Positions 50,353 through 60,459 of a stretch of DNA of 64,000 nucleotides are shown here, one piece after another. Made by a program: the position numbers and the translations under genes. Below the pieces are notes generated by a model. That model was not told the origin of the DNA, ran no database searches, and was given only the letters and a program-made list of their open reading frames with translations. The first letter of the stretch is position 1. Each line of letters begins with the position of its first letter. This DNA is from an uncultured Gammaproteobacteria bacterium (GTDB lineage Bacteria > Patescibacteriota > Microgenomatia > Levybacterales > UBA12049), in the NCBI GenBank assembly GCA_964540055.1, contig CAZILC010000003.1:21599-85598 (forward strand). Direction: 5' to 3'.

Positions 50353-51015
50353 TTATTTGCCTATCTTCTCAAGTGCTTGTTCTGCGGCTTGTTCTTCGGC
50401 CTCTTGTTTGGATTTTCCTCTCCCCTCACCCATTATTGCATCACCGACAAAAACGCCGATGGTGAATTGTTTGGCGTGCGCGGGGCCTTCCTCATGAAGT
50501 ACTTTATAGACCGGAGAATTTTGTTTTCGTGCCTGGACATATTCTTGAAGCAGGCTTTTGGGATCTTTAAATACTTTTTTCTCTACATACGCCTCGATTT
50601 CAGGGATGAGAACTGCATGCAGAAAGGTTTTCACTGCGTCAATTCCCTGATCGAGAAATATTGCGCCAATGACTGCTTCGAAGGTATTTGCCAGAATTGA
50701 ATCATTCTCGCGACCTCCTGAGTCTTCTTCTCCTCGTGAAAGTTGGAGATGTTTGCCGAATTCATTTTTTTTGGCAAGTTTGGCAAGACTTTTTGTGTTG
50801 ACGACGAGTGAGCGAAGATTGGTCAAGATCCCCTCGTCAAAATCCGGATAGGCATTATATAAATGTTCCGAAACGACAAATGAAAGAATACTGTCACCAA
50901 GAAATTCAAGTCTTTCATTTGACTCACTCACATCTTTTGCTTCATTCAGATAGGAACGGTGAATAAAAGCCAGTTGTAATAATTTTTCGTTTGTAAAGTC
51001 AGGTAAATTGTTCAT
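50353..51015 (-). CDS. rnc: Ribonuclease III
   Basis: HRSY, NERLEFLGDS, FEAVIGAIFLD, DPKSLLQE dsRBD. Confidence 0.97.
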   Translation of the reverse strand: MNNLPDFTNEKLLQLAFIHRSYLNEAKDVSESNERLEFLGDSILSFVVSEHLYNAYPDFDEGILTNLRSLVVNTKSLAKLAKKNEFGKHLQLSRGEEDSGGRENDSILANTFEAVIGAIFLDQGIDAVKTFLHAVLIPEIEAYVEKKVFKDPKSLLQEYVQARKQNSPVYKVLHEEGPAHAKQFTIGVFVGDAIMGEGRGKSKQEAEEQAAEQALEKIGK

Positions 51016-51023
51016 AATTTTAC

Positions 51024-51380
51024 TTATTCTTTTACTTTAGCACTAATGTGTCCGAGAACTCCATTCACAAATGCTGGGCTTGTGTCATTGGCGAATTCTT
51101 TTGCGAGTTCTACTGCTTCATCAATGACGACATTTGGTGGCGTTTTCTTCTCGATAAGAAGTTCATAGGTGGCAAGGCGCAGTATCGCAAGATCTACGCG
51201 GTTAATTTTGTCGACCGGGAAATCCGGTGCGGCTTTTTGGATTTGTTCATCGAGTAATTTTGTGTGTTTTAATACTTCTTTTGCGTCCGCACTTACTTCC
51301 TGTTGATGAAATTCCGTACTGAAGATATCTTGTATGATATGCTGCCTTCGCAAATGACGCGGGTCATAGGATGTTTTCAT
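51024..51380 (-). CDS. nusB: Transcription antitermination factor NusB
   Basis: VDLAILRLATYEL, VVIDEAVELAKEF, FVNGVL. Confidence 0.95.
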   Translation of the reverse strand: MKTSYDPRHLRRQHIIQDIFSTEFHQQEVSADAKEVLKHTKLLDEQIQKAAPDFPVDKINRVDLAILRLATYELLIEKKTPPNVVIDEAVELAKEFANDTSPAFVNGVLGHISAKVKE

Positions 51381-51383
51381 GGT

Positions 51384-51474
51384 TTACGAATCTATCTTGA
51401 GCTAAATACAATTCGTAGACATTTGTATGCGGTACACCTGAAGTTCTATCTCACATGCGAATACTTACGAATCT
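51384..51474. repeat. Intergenic element of TACGAAT/ATTCGTA units
   Basis: TTACGAATCT at 51384 and 51465, TGCGAAT at 51456, inverted ATTCGTA/ATTTGTA at 51411/51421. Confidence 0.6.
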
Positions 51475-51480
51475 TTGATT

Positions 51481-51681
51481 TTAGGCCTGGCTTGTACTTG
51501 GTTGTTTTACTTTAATAACCTGTTGGCCTTTATAAAATCCGCATGCTTCACAAACCCGGTGAGCAATTTTTGGAGCACCACAATTCGGGCATGCACCTGA
51601 TTGGGTGACTTTAAGAGAAATACTTGCCCGTCTTTTTCCCTGACGTGCGCGTGAATGTCTTTTCTTTGGCTCCTGTGACAT
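51481..51681 (-). CDS. rpmF: 50S ribosomal protein L32 (Zn-binding form)
   Basis: PKKRHSRARQGKRR, CPNCG..HRVCEACGFY. Confidence 0.96.
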   Translation of the reverse strand: MSQEPKKRHSRARQGKRRASISLKVTQSGACPNCGAPKIAHRVCEACGFYKGQQVIKVKQPSTSQA

Positions 51682-51783
51682 ACGTGTATTTTATCATTTT
51701 TAGGCTTCAGGTTGCAAGTCACAATCGTTTTTTCCAAACGAGGCTTGACAGTTGAGAATTGTCTGCGTTAGACTAAGGGAGTT

Positions 51784-52050
51784 ATGAGTCATTCTGAACA
51801 TAATGATCAACCTAAAATTGCTGTTCCGTATATTCCGCCGCCTCCGCCTGAAGATAATTCGCAAAGAAGATTCAGATCACCATTTGTTAATGCCATGCTA
51901 ATTGCGGGGGTAATTTTGCTTGGAGGATTTATGCTTTATAATTTTATCGGACATTCATTGACCCAGACAGCAGGTTTAACAAGTAGTCAAACATCTGTTG
52001 CACCGAGTATTTCCCCGACAGTGACACCCACGCCTACTCCTCATTATTAA
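51784..52050 (+). CDS. Small single-TM Pro/Thr-rich protein
   Basis: PPPPP N-tail, TM, TPTPTP tail; TTGACA..TAGACT promoter upstream. Confidence 0.75.
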   Translation: MSHSEHNDQPKIAVPYIPPPPPEDNSQRRFRSPFVNAMLIAGVILLGGFMLYNFIGHSLTQTAGLTSSQTSVAPSISPTVTPTPTPHY

Positions 52051-52109
52051 GTCAAATTCTCAATTATTTTCAATTTGCAATGAATTTTCAATGATTTAAT
52101 ATTTCAAAC

Positions 52110-52189
52110 AGCAAAAATGCGCCAAGGTTTTCGGAAAGTATATGTTTTTTTAGCAGTATACTGTCTGAACTCTTAGCGCACTTTTTGCT
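52110..52189. other. Long imperfect hairpin (structured RNA or terminator)
   Basis: AGCAAAAA-TGCGC..AAG..AGTATA / TATACT..CTT..GCGCA-C-TTTTTGCT. Confidence 0.7.
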
Positions 52190-52190
52190 C

Positions 52191-52358
52191 TCACGCCATA
52201 GCACCTAGTAATTTCCCTTTCGGTTTATTTAGGGCTATCCTTTTTAGTCTCTGTACAGGAAATAGCTTTGAGCTGGTAAATGGTACCCGTCTTAGATGAT
52301 GGTAATAACAAGCTAGGTACGTATTTACATTCCTGTAATGTATTCTTTGGATAATCAT
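52191..52358 (-). CDS. 55-aa basic small ORF with strong SD (not in ORF track)
   Basis: GGGAGGTGAGCAAAA-ATG; MIIQRIHYRNVNTYLACYYHHLRRVPFTSSKLFPVQRLKRIALNKPKGKLLGAMA*. Confidence 0.45.
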   Translation of the reverse strand: MIIQRIHYRNVNTYLACYYHHLRRVPFTSSKLFPVQRLKRIALNKPKGKLLGAMA

Positions 52359-52504
52359 TTTTGCTCACCTCCCACGCCATGAAAGTATATAGATACCTTT
52401 ATACTCCCGAGTGCTTGAATTAGCTTGACATGGCAAGCATATCTAGTCTGACGCGAAAGAGACAAAAAATAATCTGTCTGACAATCCAGACACTCTACTT
52501 TTGA

Positions 52505-54544
52505 TTAATCCGGTGAAATATTTGATGATATTGTTTTATCAAGTTGATCTTTTAGGTGTGGATATTGGTTTAACGATGAGAAAATTTCATCTGCACTAAG
52601 TTTGGCTTTTTGAATAAGCATCGCATCTGAAAAATTAGCAGCTTTTAATTTCGGAACCCCGTGTTGGGCTGTACCATACAGATTTCCCGGACCTCTGAGG
52701 CGTAAATCAAGCTCTGCCAGTTCTGCTCCTGAGTGCGAGGTCTCCATAGCTTTAAGTCTTGTACTCGTCTCGGCGTTAAGATTGCTCGTAAATAACATAC
52801 AGTAGGATTGTTTGTCTCCTCTACCTACTCGTCCGCGTAACTGATGCAATTGTGCGAGCCCAAATCTATCAGCTGCCTCAATCATAATAATTGTCGCATT
52901 AGGAATATCGATACCCACCTCGACTACCGGTGTTGCGAGCAAGATATCGAAATCACCGTTTTTAAATTGTGCAAGTACTTCATCTTTCTCTTTTGCTTTT
53001 TGTTTGCCGTGTAACAGACCCAACTTAAGATCGGGATAAATATCCCGTCTGAGATGTTCATATTCTTCTTTGACAGCTTTAACAGTTTGCATAGATTCTG
53101 ATGGCTCGATGAAGGGACAGATGATAAATGCCTGGGACTTTGTTTCCTCAATTTGTTTGCGAATCCAATCGTATGCTCCATTTCGTTTCTCACGCGGTAC
53201 GAGCCAAGTGATGATTTTTTTGCGACCATGGGGCATTTCGTTTAAATATGACAGGTCCAAATCGCCATACATTGTGAGCGCAACAGTTCGTGGAATCGGA
53301 GTTGCGGTCATTGTCAAAAGGTGTGGGTTTTTTCCTTTTTGCCGGATAGTACTTCTTTGTTCAACGCCAAATCTCTGTTGCTCATCTATTATGACGAGTC
53401 CGAGGTTGTCAAAGACAATTTTTTCCGACAAGACTGCGTGTGTACCGATAAGAATTGAGAAATTTGTGCCTGTCGTGAGCCGCTTCTTACTCCCCGTCAC
53501 CAGATCAACGGTCACTCCGAGCGGCTCGAGAAAGGTAGAAATAGTTTTATAGTGTTGAGATGCCAGAATTTCAGTCGGCGCCATTAGAACTGACTGATAG
53601 CCATTTAAAAACGCAATGTACATTGCAATTGCTGCAACTACTGTCTTTCCGCTTCCCACATCACCTTGCAACAGTCGATTCATTGGCGTTTCTTTTTGCA
53701 TATCCATTTCAATTTTTTCAATCGCGGATTGTTGCGCGTCGGTAAGTTTGAATGGTAGTGAATCAATACACGCATTAATTTGTTTTTCAAATTTTTTTAT
53801 TGCAAACATTTCACCTTTTTGCTTTTCCTGCCATTGCGTGCGGCGTTCAATTGCGGCAAGTTGCATGAGGAATAATTCATCAAAAGCCAGGCGTTCTCGG
53901 GCTTTATCTGCTGTCTCAAGATTTTTGGGGAAATGAATTTCCTGCATTGCTTCCTGATAACTCATAAGTTTGTTTTTTCTTATGATATCTTCTGGCATGT
54001 ATTCTTTGAGTTCTTGTCCATATTCTTTGAGCAGATTAAAAACTTGTCGTCTGAGCCATTTTGAGGAGACTCCCTGCGTTTCAGGATACACAGGAATTAA
54101 TCTTCCTGTATGAATCGCGTTTCCGTTGTCATAGATAATTTCATATTCGGGAGACTGCATGGAAAAATTCTTATTTCGTCCGAATCGATCCACTTTGCCG
54201 GATGCTGAGATAGTCGTATTGGGCAGGATTACTCGATTCAAATATGGCTGATTAAACCACGTCAACTCAAGTGTCCCCGTACCGTCATTGACCAAAGCTT
54301 TCTGCATAGTCTTGATCCGCATCCCGCGCATATAATTGGTTTTCATCTCAAGCACTTGTCCTTGGATAGTCACCGTTTCGCCAGGTTGGATTTCCGCGAT
54401 CTTTGACACAAGTGAATAATCCTCATACCGGCTTGGTAGATGCAGGAGAAAATCATACAACGTCGTAATGCCAAGCTTTTCAAGTCTGCCTGCATACATT
54501 TTCATGGCACGATTGCCTCTGGTAATGGGTGTGTGAAGATCCAT
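52505..54544 (-). CDS. recG: ATP-dependent DNA helicase RecG
   Basis: LLQGDVGSGKT, DEQQRFGV, MTATPIPRT, QLRGRVGR, DLRLRGPG. Confidence 0.97.
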   Translation of the reverse strand: MDLHTPITRGNRAMKMYAGRLEKLGITTLYDFLLHLPSRYEDYSLVSKIAEIQPGETVTIQGQVLEMKTNYMRGMRIKTMQKALVNDGTGTLELTWFNQPYLNRVILPNTTISASGKVDRFGRNKNFSMQSPEYEIIYDNGNAIHTGRLIPVYPETQGVSSKWLRRQVFNLLKEYGQELKEYMPEDIIRKNKLMSYQEAMQEIHFPKNLETADKARERLAFDELFLMQLAAIERRTQWQEKQKGEMFAIKKFEKQINACIDSLPFKLTDAQQSAIEKIEMDMQKETPMNRLLQGDVGSGKTVVAAIAMYIAFLNGYQSVLMAPTEILASQHYKTISTFLEPLGVTVDLVTGSKKRLTTGTNFSILIGTHAVLSEKIVFDNLGLVIIDEQQRFGVEQRSTIRQKGKNPHLLTMTATPIPRTVALTMYGDLDLSYLNEMPHGRKKIITWLVPREKRNGAYDWIRKQIEETKSQAFIICPFIEPSESMQTVKAVKEEYEHLRRDIYPDLKLGLLHGKQKAKEKDEVLAQFKNGDFDILLATPVVEVGIDIPNATIIMIEAADRFGLAQLHQLRGRVGRGDKQSYCMLFTSNLNAETSTRLKAMETSHSGAELAELDLRLRGPGNLYGTAQHGVPKLKAANFSDAMLIQKAKLSADEIFSSLNQYPHLKDQLDKTISSNISPD

Positions 54545-54559
54545 GTGTGCGGTTTTATT

Positions 54560-54676
54560 CTATTGCTGATTGGTTAATAAAGCAAGGTATGGAAGAAATG
54601 ATGCGAGAATGAGAGCTGCACCTGCGATAATGATGATGACTCTCCAAGCGGTTTTATGTTTTTCAAAGGATTCCAT
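54560..54676 (-). CDS. 38-aa single-TM small protein (not in ORF track)
   Basis: MESFEKHKTAWRVIIIIAGAALILASFLPYLALLTNQQ*; TATAAT 8 nt before the ATG. Confidence 0.7.
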   Translation of the reverse strand: MESFEKHKTAWRVIIIIAGAALILASFLPYLALLTNQQ

Positions 54677-54739
54677 GTGGGTTTATTATATTGAAATACG
54701 AAACGCGAATCAAGGTTCTTCTTCAAAAATTTTTTAACT

Positions 54740-55726
54740 TTATCTTTCTTTATGAGCAGAATTAGCTCGTATTTCTTGTATTTCTGCTATTCTTTCTCTT
54801 TTCACTTCACCTTCAAGAATTGCACGATCTTCTGGATTAATATAAATAATTTTTGCTTCAGGTGAAAGTCTGTTATACCATTTGACGACATAATTCTCAA
54901 ATTGAGTAGGCATCATTCCAGTGAATTCCGCAAGCATTGTTTCATCACCAACTGTTGCTTCAATACTTTCTAAAAAACGTTTTGCTTCACCGCTTATTGG
55001 CATTCCTGCTGGACAACCAAGCATTGAGCCCAATCCTAATTCCCGCAGCCTTTTAGTATTTAGACCAAGGGATGAGTCGTCAAGTAACTGATAATTTGCT
55101 TCATGGCGTACACTACCATCTTGTGCAACATCAGTTAATCCTATTTCAGAAGTGCCGAGACCCAAATTTGCAAGCGAAATTTTGGATAACATGAGTGAGG
55201 CGCGTGGAGTAAATTGCTTTCCTAACAGAGCTTGTAATTGTACTGTCGATTCTGCACCGGTAAATCCTCCGTCAGCACCAATTGAGCTTACTGAAATATC
55301 ATCATCAGTAGGATGCATTAACATTGCCAATCTTTCAGTTCTTTCAGCTAAACCTCTCACATCATCAGTAAAATACCTCATCTGCCTTTGAGGAACCGGT
55401 ATCGTATCAAGCACGTCCGGAGAAGTTTGCAATCCCAAACCTCCTACAAACTGTTTCCATGAACCAATTAACGTATTACTTGTAGCATGTGCAAAATCTG
55501 AGAGAATTTCATATTTTACGTGACTCGATTTTCTTTGTGATTCATACCGTAGATCAGGGTCAAAACCAATTGGAGGTCTTCCACTAGCAAATGATACAGA
55601 AGCAAAAGGAATATTTCCTGAGTTTAATCTCTCTTTATGAAAGTGCCAAAATATGCCGATTGTATCTGCAAAATTTTGGTAATATGTAGCTTGTAACAGA
55701 TTTCCTCTGTTTCCCTGGGTTTTCAT
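54740..55726 (-). CDS. Hypothetical protein (single GCPA motif)
   Basis: 328-aa ORF, TAAACT 6 nt upstream; no recognised family. Confidence 0.75.
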   Translation of the reverse strand: MKTQGNRGNLLQATYYQNFADTIGIFWHFHKERLNSGNIPFASVSFASGRPPIGFDPDLRYESQRKSSHVKYEILSDFAHATSNTLIGSWKQFVGGLGLQTSPDVLDTIPVPQRQMRYFTDDVRGLAERTERLAMLMHPTDDDISVSSIGADGGFTGAESTVQLQALLGKQFTPRASLMLSKISLANLGLGTSEIGLTDVAQDGSVRHEANYQLLDDSSLGLNTKRLRELGLGSMLGCPAGMPISGEAKRFLESIEATVGDETMLAEFTGMMPTQFENYVVKWYNRLSPEAKIIYINPEDRAILEGEVKRERIAEIQEIRANSAHKER

Positions 55727-55807
55727 AAGGAGAGTTTATCAAAATATGAGCCACATTTCAACCTATAGTAAGCATAAGGAAGAGATTTGTTACACGAGAA
55801 GTTACTA

Positions 55808-57016
55808 TTATTTTTCCAACACTAACCGCACGAATTTTCTTCTCCCGACTTTGAGGATCATGCCTTCTTCGAATTCTACGTTGTGGCGGATATCTGAGAT
55901 TTTCTTAGTGCCGCTTGATAGGTGAAGTTCTACGCCGCCTTGTTCGGTCAGGCGTTTTGCTTCTGACTTGGTTTTGGCCATTTTTGTTTTCAACAAGACG
56001 TCAACTATGCCTCGTCCGTCCTCAAACGCTACGTTTACGGGAACTGCTGGGATTTGTTCTGGCCGCTCCCCTCTTTGTACCTTTTTTTCAAAACTCACTC
56101 TCGCACTTTCAGCTTCCTTCAGGCTCGTTAATTCTTTGGTTATTTCAAGTGCAAGTTCTTTTTTGATCCGCATGGGATGTTCGCCTTTTTTCAGGGCAAA
56201 TTCGGCTTCTTTGACTTCTTTCATTGGCACATCGGTTGCGAGGGTGTAATATGGGAGGATAAGATTGTCATTAATAGCCATAACTTTGGCATAAATATCT
56301 TCTGCAGTATCATCAAGCCAGATTGCATTGCCCCAGCTTTTGCTCATTTTGCGACCGTCGGTTCCTTCCATGATGACGGTAGTGAGAACAAAGGATTGTT
56401 TATTCCGTAAATCTTTTTGCAGTGTTCTTCCAGCTTGCATGTTAAAAGTCTGATCAGTGCCGCCGATTTGCAGATCTGTGTCCATAAAATAACTGTCATA
56501 GCCTTGCATGACTGGATAGAGAAATTCGTGAAGGCCGACGCGTTTGTTGTCGTTTAACCTTTTGCGGATCAATTCCCGCCCGACAAAATCTCCGACTGAG
56601 AAATGTTGGGTGAGTTTAATAATATCTTCAAAAGTTAGTTTTTTCAGCCATTCGCTGTTATATCTGACTTTTACTTTTGAGAAATCGATTATTTTTTCAG
56701 CCTGATTTCGATAGGTTTGGAAGTTTTGCTGAATTTCCTCGGTTGTCAAGACAGGCCGCTCTGTGTCTTTATCTGAGGTGTCTCCGATGAGCGCTGTAAA
56801 ATCTCCGATGAGAAATGTGACATGATGGCCGAGTTTGCTAAAAGCTTGCAGCTTCCTCAGTGCTACAGCATGTCCCAGATGGATTTTAGTGCTCGTCGGA
56901 TCAATGCCAAGGTAAATGTTGAGTTTCTTTCCCGACTTAAGTTGTTGTTCCAATTCTTTTTTTCCTGGGATAATATTGGCAACGCCACGGGTTATCAGTT
57001 CTTCGATCTTATCCAT
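55808..57016 (-). CDS. tyrS: Tyrosine--tRNA ligase
   Basis: GIDPT..HLGH, YPVMQGYD, GGTDQTFN, KMSKS, C-terminal S4 domain. Confidence 0.97.
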   Translation of the reverse strand: MDKIEELITRGVANIIPGKKELEQQLKSGKKLNIYLGIDPTSTKIHLGHAVALRKLQAFSKLGHHVTFLIGDFTALIGDTSDKDTERPVLTTEEIQQNFQTYRNQAEKIIDFSKVKVRYNSEWLKKLTFEDIIKLTQHFSVGDFVGRELIRKRLNDNKRVGLHEFLYPVMQGYDSYFMDTDLQIGGTDQTFNMQAGRTLQKDLRNKQSFVLTTVIMEGTDGRKMSKSWGNAIWLDDTAEDIYAKVMAINDNLILPYYTLATDVPMKEVKEAEFALKKGEHPMRIKKELALEITKELTSLKEAESARVSFEKKVQRGERPEQIPAVPVNVAFEDGRGIVDVLLKTKMAKTKSEAKRLTEQGGVELHLSSGTKKISDIRHNVEFEEGMILKVGRRKFVRLVLEK

Positions 57017-57099
57017 AGGCAGAGTATAGCAAAAATGAGGTCAATTTGCGATGAACGAACATATTTTATCGTTATTTTAAAATGATGTATACTATATCT

Positions 57100-57489
57100 G
57101 TGAAAGAAATCGATTCCTTATCACCCGTCCGGAGAGGCGAAGGATTATTTAGAAGAAAGCTATATAATATAACCCGTAGAAAAAATACCGAACCTCAGAC
57201 TACCATACATACTCATTTACCAGATAAGATTTTTAGCGGAAGACTGCCTCTATTATGGTGGAAAAATCCAGGATGGAAAGAGCAATACGTAGTAACAACA
57301 TCAGGTAAAGCTGCAGCTACACAAGCAGCAGCGACAGTTGTAACAGGAAGTGTATTGACCGGTTCTGTTTTGGTTGGTTTTAATTTCCCAACGAATCCAG
57401 TAGAAGCAGCAGCTGAAGTAACCGGACTTGTTGCAGGTGCGATAACAAGCGTTTATTTACAGAGAAAATCTGCAAGACAAGTTATGTAA
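57100..57489 (+). CDS. Hypothetical protein with C-terminal small-residue helical hairpin
   Basis: GTG start 6 nt after TATACT; AAATVVTGSVLTGSVLVG and AAAEVTGLVAGAITSVYL segments. Confidence 0.65.
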   Translation: MKEIDSLSPVRRGEGLFRRKLYNITRRKNTEPQTTIHTHLPDKIFSGRLPLLWWKNPGWKEQYVVTTSGKAAATQAAATVVTGSVLTGSVLVGFNFPTNPVEAAAEVTGLVAGAITSVYLQRKSARQVM

Positions 57490-57547
57490 TAGTTGACTTG
57501 CGTAAAGTTTTGCAAGAGTGTAATATCTGGTATAATAGAGTACTTCT

Positions 57548-59875
57548 ATGGATTACAGATCAACGCGCCGCCCGCGCACCAGAAGAAGGAAAAGTTTCTC
57601 CTCTTATGATGCGCGAAAGTTACTCACGTACAGTAATCTTTTGAAATATCTTTTTTTTGCCGTAATTGCTGGCATTCTTGTCCTTGTTGTCTTATTCTTC
57701 TGGTATAGCCGAGATTTGCCAACTCCGGGAAAACTTGTAACCTCAAAATATAAAGACGCGACAAGAATTTATGACAGAAATCATGTACTTCTCTACTCTG
57801 TTTATCAGGATGAAAACAGAACCTATGTCGGTATACCCATGATTCCCAAAAAATTGCAGCAGGCAACTATAGCTGTTGAAGATAAGAATTTTTATTCAAA
57901 TAGTGGTTTTCAACTGACAGGTATGCTTCGTGCTATTAAAAATATGGCGTTGGGACAAGGTTTACAAAGTGGATCAACGATTACCCAACAGCTTGTAAAA
58001 AATGTACTTCTCTCCAATCAACAAACCATCGGGCGTAAAATCAAAGAGCTCATCTTATCCGTTCAAGTCGATAAGAAATACACGAAAGATCAAATTTTGG
58101 AAATGTATTTAAATAATATTCCATACGGCGGCACAGCAATTGGCGTTGAGGCTGCTTCGGAATTGTACTTCAACAAGAATGTACAGCAATTGGATCTTGC
58201 GCAGTCTGCATTTCTTGCAGGACTTCCCCAAAGCCCGTCACTCTATTCCCCATTCAGCGGCAATAAATATTATCTTGATAGAACTAAAGAAGTACTTCAC
58301 GCGATGGTAGCAAATGGCTACACAACGCAAAAAGACGCAGATAGTGCATATAAAGAAATCCAGAATTATCATTTTTCACAAAACAATACGCATATTAAAG
58401 CGGCCTATTTTGTAATGTATGTTAGAGAGCTTCTCTCGGAAAAATTCGGTGAGCAGGCAGTGACGAGTGGCGGACTGCAGGTAACCACATCGCTTGATTA
58501 TGATATACAGAAAAAAGCCGAAGATATCGTCAAATCTGAAATTGATGGCTTAAAGGAATACCATGTCGGAAATGGCGCCGCAATTGTTACCAATCCGAAA
58601 ACCGGTGAAATTTTGGCTTTTGTCGGCGGTAAAGATTATTTTGGCAATTCGACTCCTGATAAATGCACGCCGGGGAAAGATTGTACGTTTGAGCCAAATG
58701 TTGATGCGGCACTCTCAGCAAGACAACCAGGATCATCTCTCAAGCCTGTCATCTATGCAACAGCCTTTGAACATGGTTATACGCCGGCCTCGATGGTCAT
58801 GGATGTTCAGACGAATTTCAAAGCGCAAAGTTCGGATCCTGATTATATCCCGGTAAATTATGATGGGAAATGGCATGGATTAGTTCAGTTGCGATTTGCT
58901 CTGGGGAATTCTCTTAACGTTCCCGCTGTTAAAACACTGGCAAAAGTTGGAATCAAACCGGTCATGCAGCAAGGTTATGATATGGGCATAACGAATTGGC
59001 AGCCAACACCGGTAAATCTTGCAAGTGTCGGGTATTCACTTGTTCTTGGAGGACGCGAAACTACGCTTCTTGATGAGTCAACTGCTTATGGTGTTTTTGC
59101 CAACGAAGGGATAAAGCAGGAGCCGGTTTCCATTCTCAAAGTCACTGATAGTCAAGGAAATGTACTCTATGAAAATCATACGATACAAGGTCCACGTGTT
59201 TTGCCCGTCAATGTTAGTTTTCTTATTTCCCATATTCTTTCAGACAACAATGCTCGCTCTATGGAATTTGGTCCAAGTTCATGGCTTGTGGTTCCCGGTC
59301 ATACAGTGTCTGTCAAAACCGGAACAACAGACCAAAAACGTGATAACTGGACAATCGGTTATACTCCAAATTATGTCGTTGGAGTTTGGGTCGGAAATGA
59401 TGATAATGAAGTTATGAATCAGGCAATTTCTTCAGGTATTACCGGCGCGTCACCTATCTGGAATAAAATTATGACTGCAGTTCTCAAAGGCCAACCCGAT
59501 TCACAGGAGCCAAAACCTGATGATGTGGATGCAATTCAAATTGATGCATTTGCAGGAGGCCTACCTCACGGCGGTCAGCCAACACGATCTGAATATTTCA
59601 TCAAAGGCACCGAGCCGACTGCCGAGTCACCTATTTATCAATCAAAGGACGGGAAAAATTATTTAGTACTTCGTGAGGACGATCCAATATCAACTGATGG
59701 CGTCAATCGTTGGCAGCAAGGAATTGATGATTGGATTTCTCAAAATCACGCAGGCGATGATATGTATCACCCGCCAGTTGAATTAATCCGTCAAGCAACA
59801 GGTGATCATTCATTGGATATCACAGCAACGCCGGGAAATGTGACCCCAACTCCTACACCAACGCCGACTCCTTAG
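57548..59875 (+). CDS. Class A penicillin-binding protein (PBP1A family)
   Basis: AVEDKNFY, GSTITQQLVKN, RKIKE; transpeptidase PGSSLK, SLN, KTG. Confidence 0.96.
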   Translation: MDYRSTRRPRTRRRKSFSSYDARKLLTYSNLLKYLFFAVIAGILVLVVLFFWYSRDLPTPGKLVTSKYKDATRIYDRNHVLLYSVYQDENRTYVGIPMIPKKLQQATIAVEDKNFYSNSGFQLTGMLRAIKNMALGQGLQSGSTITQQLVKNVLLSNQQTIGRKIKELILSVQVDKKYTKDQILEMYLNNIPYGGTAIGVEAASELYFNKNVQQLDLAQSAFLAGLPQSPSLYSPFSGNKYYLDRTKEVLHAMVANGYTTQKDADSAYKEIQNYHFSQNNTHIKAAYFVMYVRELLSEKFGEQAVTSGGLQVTTSLDYDIQKKAEDIVKSEIDGLKEYHVGNGAAIVTNPKTGEILAFVGGKDYFGNSTPDKCTPGKDCTFEPNVDAALSARQPGSSLKPVIYATAFEHGYTPASMVMDVQTNFKAQSSDPDYIPVNYDGKWHGLVQLRFALGNSLNVPAVKTLAKVGIKPVMQQGYDMGITNWQPTPVNLASVGYSLVLGGRETTLLDESTAYGVFANEGIKQEPVSILKVTDSQGNVLYENHTIQGPRVLPVNVSFLISHILSDNNARSMEFGPSSWLVVPGHTVSVKTGTTDQKRDNWTIGYTPNYVVGVWVGNDDNEVMNQAISSGITGASPIWNKIMTAVLKGQPDSQEPKPDDVDAIQIDAFAGGLPHGGQPTRSEYFIKGTEPTAESPIYQSKDGKNYLVLREDDPISTDGVNRWQQGIDDWISQNHAGDDMYHPPVELIRQATGDHSLDITATPGNVTPTPTPTPTP

Positions 59876-59932
59876 TCGACACACGTTTCTGTATATTGAA
59901 AACTATCCGTATATATGGAATAGTTTAGTCAG

Positions 59933-60370
59933 ATGAAAAAATTTATTTCCAAACATATAACTTTTATTATTGCTAGTATCATAGCTATTATTGTTTTAGT
60001 AAATATTCCCTTCATTCTAATAGATACTTCTAAATCGGGTACAGGAATCAGTACTTGTCCGGCTTCTAATCCGTTTTGGAAATTATGTAATTTGACTGTG
60101 CCAGTTTCTTTAGTAAGTTATATACAAGATCGTGAACCAATTATTTCAATAAATTGGAAAATTCCCGTTATTTGGTTCCTTATCATTTTTGGAGCAATTT
60201 ATGGAGATTCGAAATTAATTAATTATATTATTAAATACCCAAGGAAAAAACATTCAATTGTATTATTAGTATTAAAAACTTTAGCAATTGCCGCAGTATT
60301 TTATCTTACAATTATTGGAATAAATACTATTCTTAATTTTTATTATCTATCTTTATTTCCGCTATTTTAA
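59933..60370 (+). CDS. Hypothetical membrane protein (3 TM), AT-rich
   Basis: Three hydrophobic segments, Cys pair in a loop. Confidence 0.7.
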   Translation: MKKFISKHITFIIASIIAIIVLVNIPFILIDTSKSGTGISTCPASNPFWKLCNLTVPVSLVSYIQDREPIISINWKIPVIWFLIIFGAIYGDSKLINYIIKYPRKKHSIVLLVLKTLAIAAVFYLTIIGINTILNFYYLSLFPLF

Positions 60371-60459
60371 TTAGGCGTACAAATAGTTCTAACTCAAATG
60401 ATTTTTTATGTAATTCATTACTGTGTCTTTATAGCAACGTATTGTGATATTTAATGATA

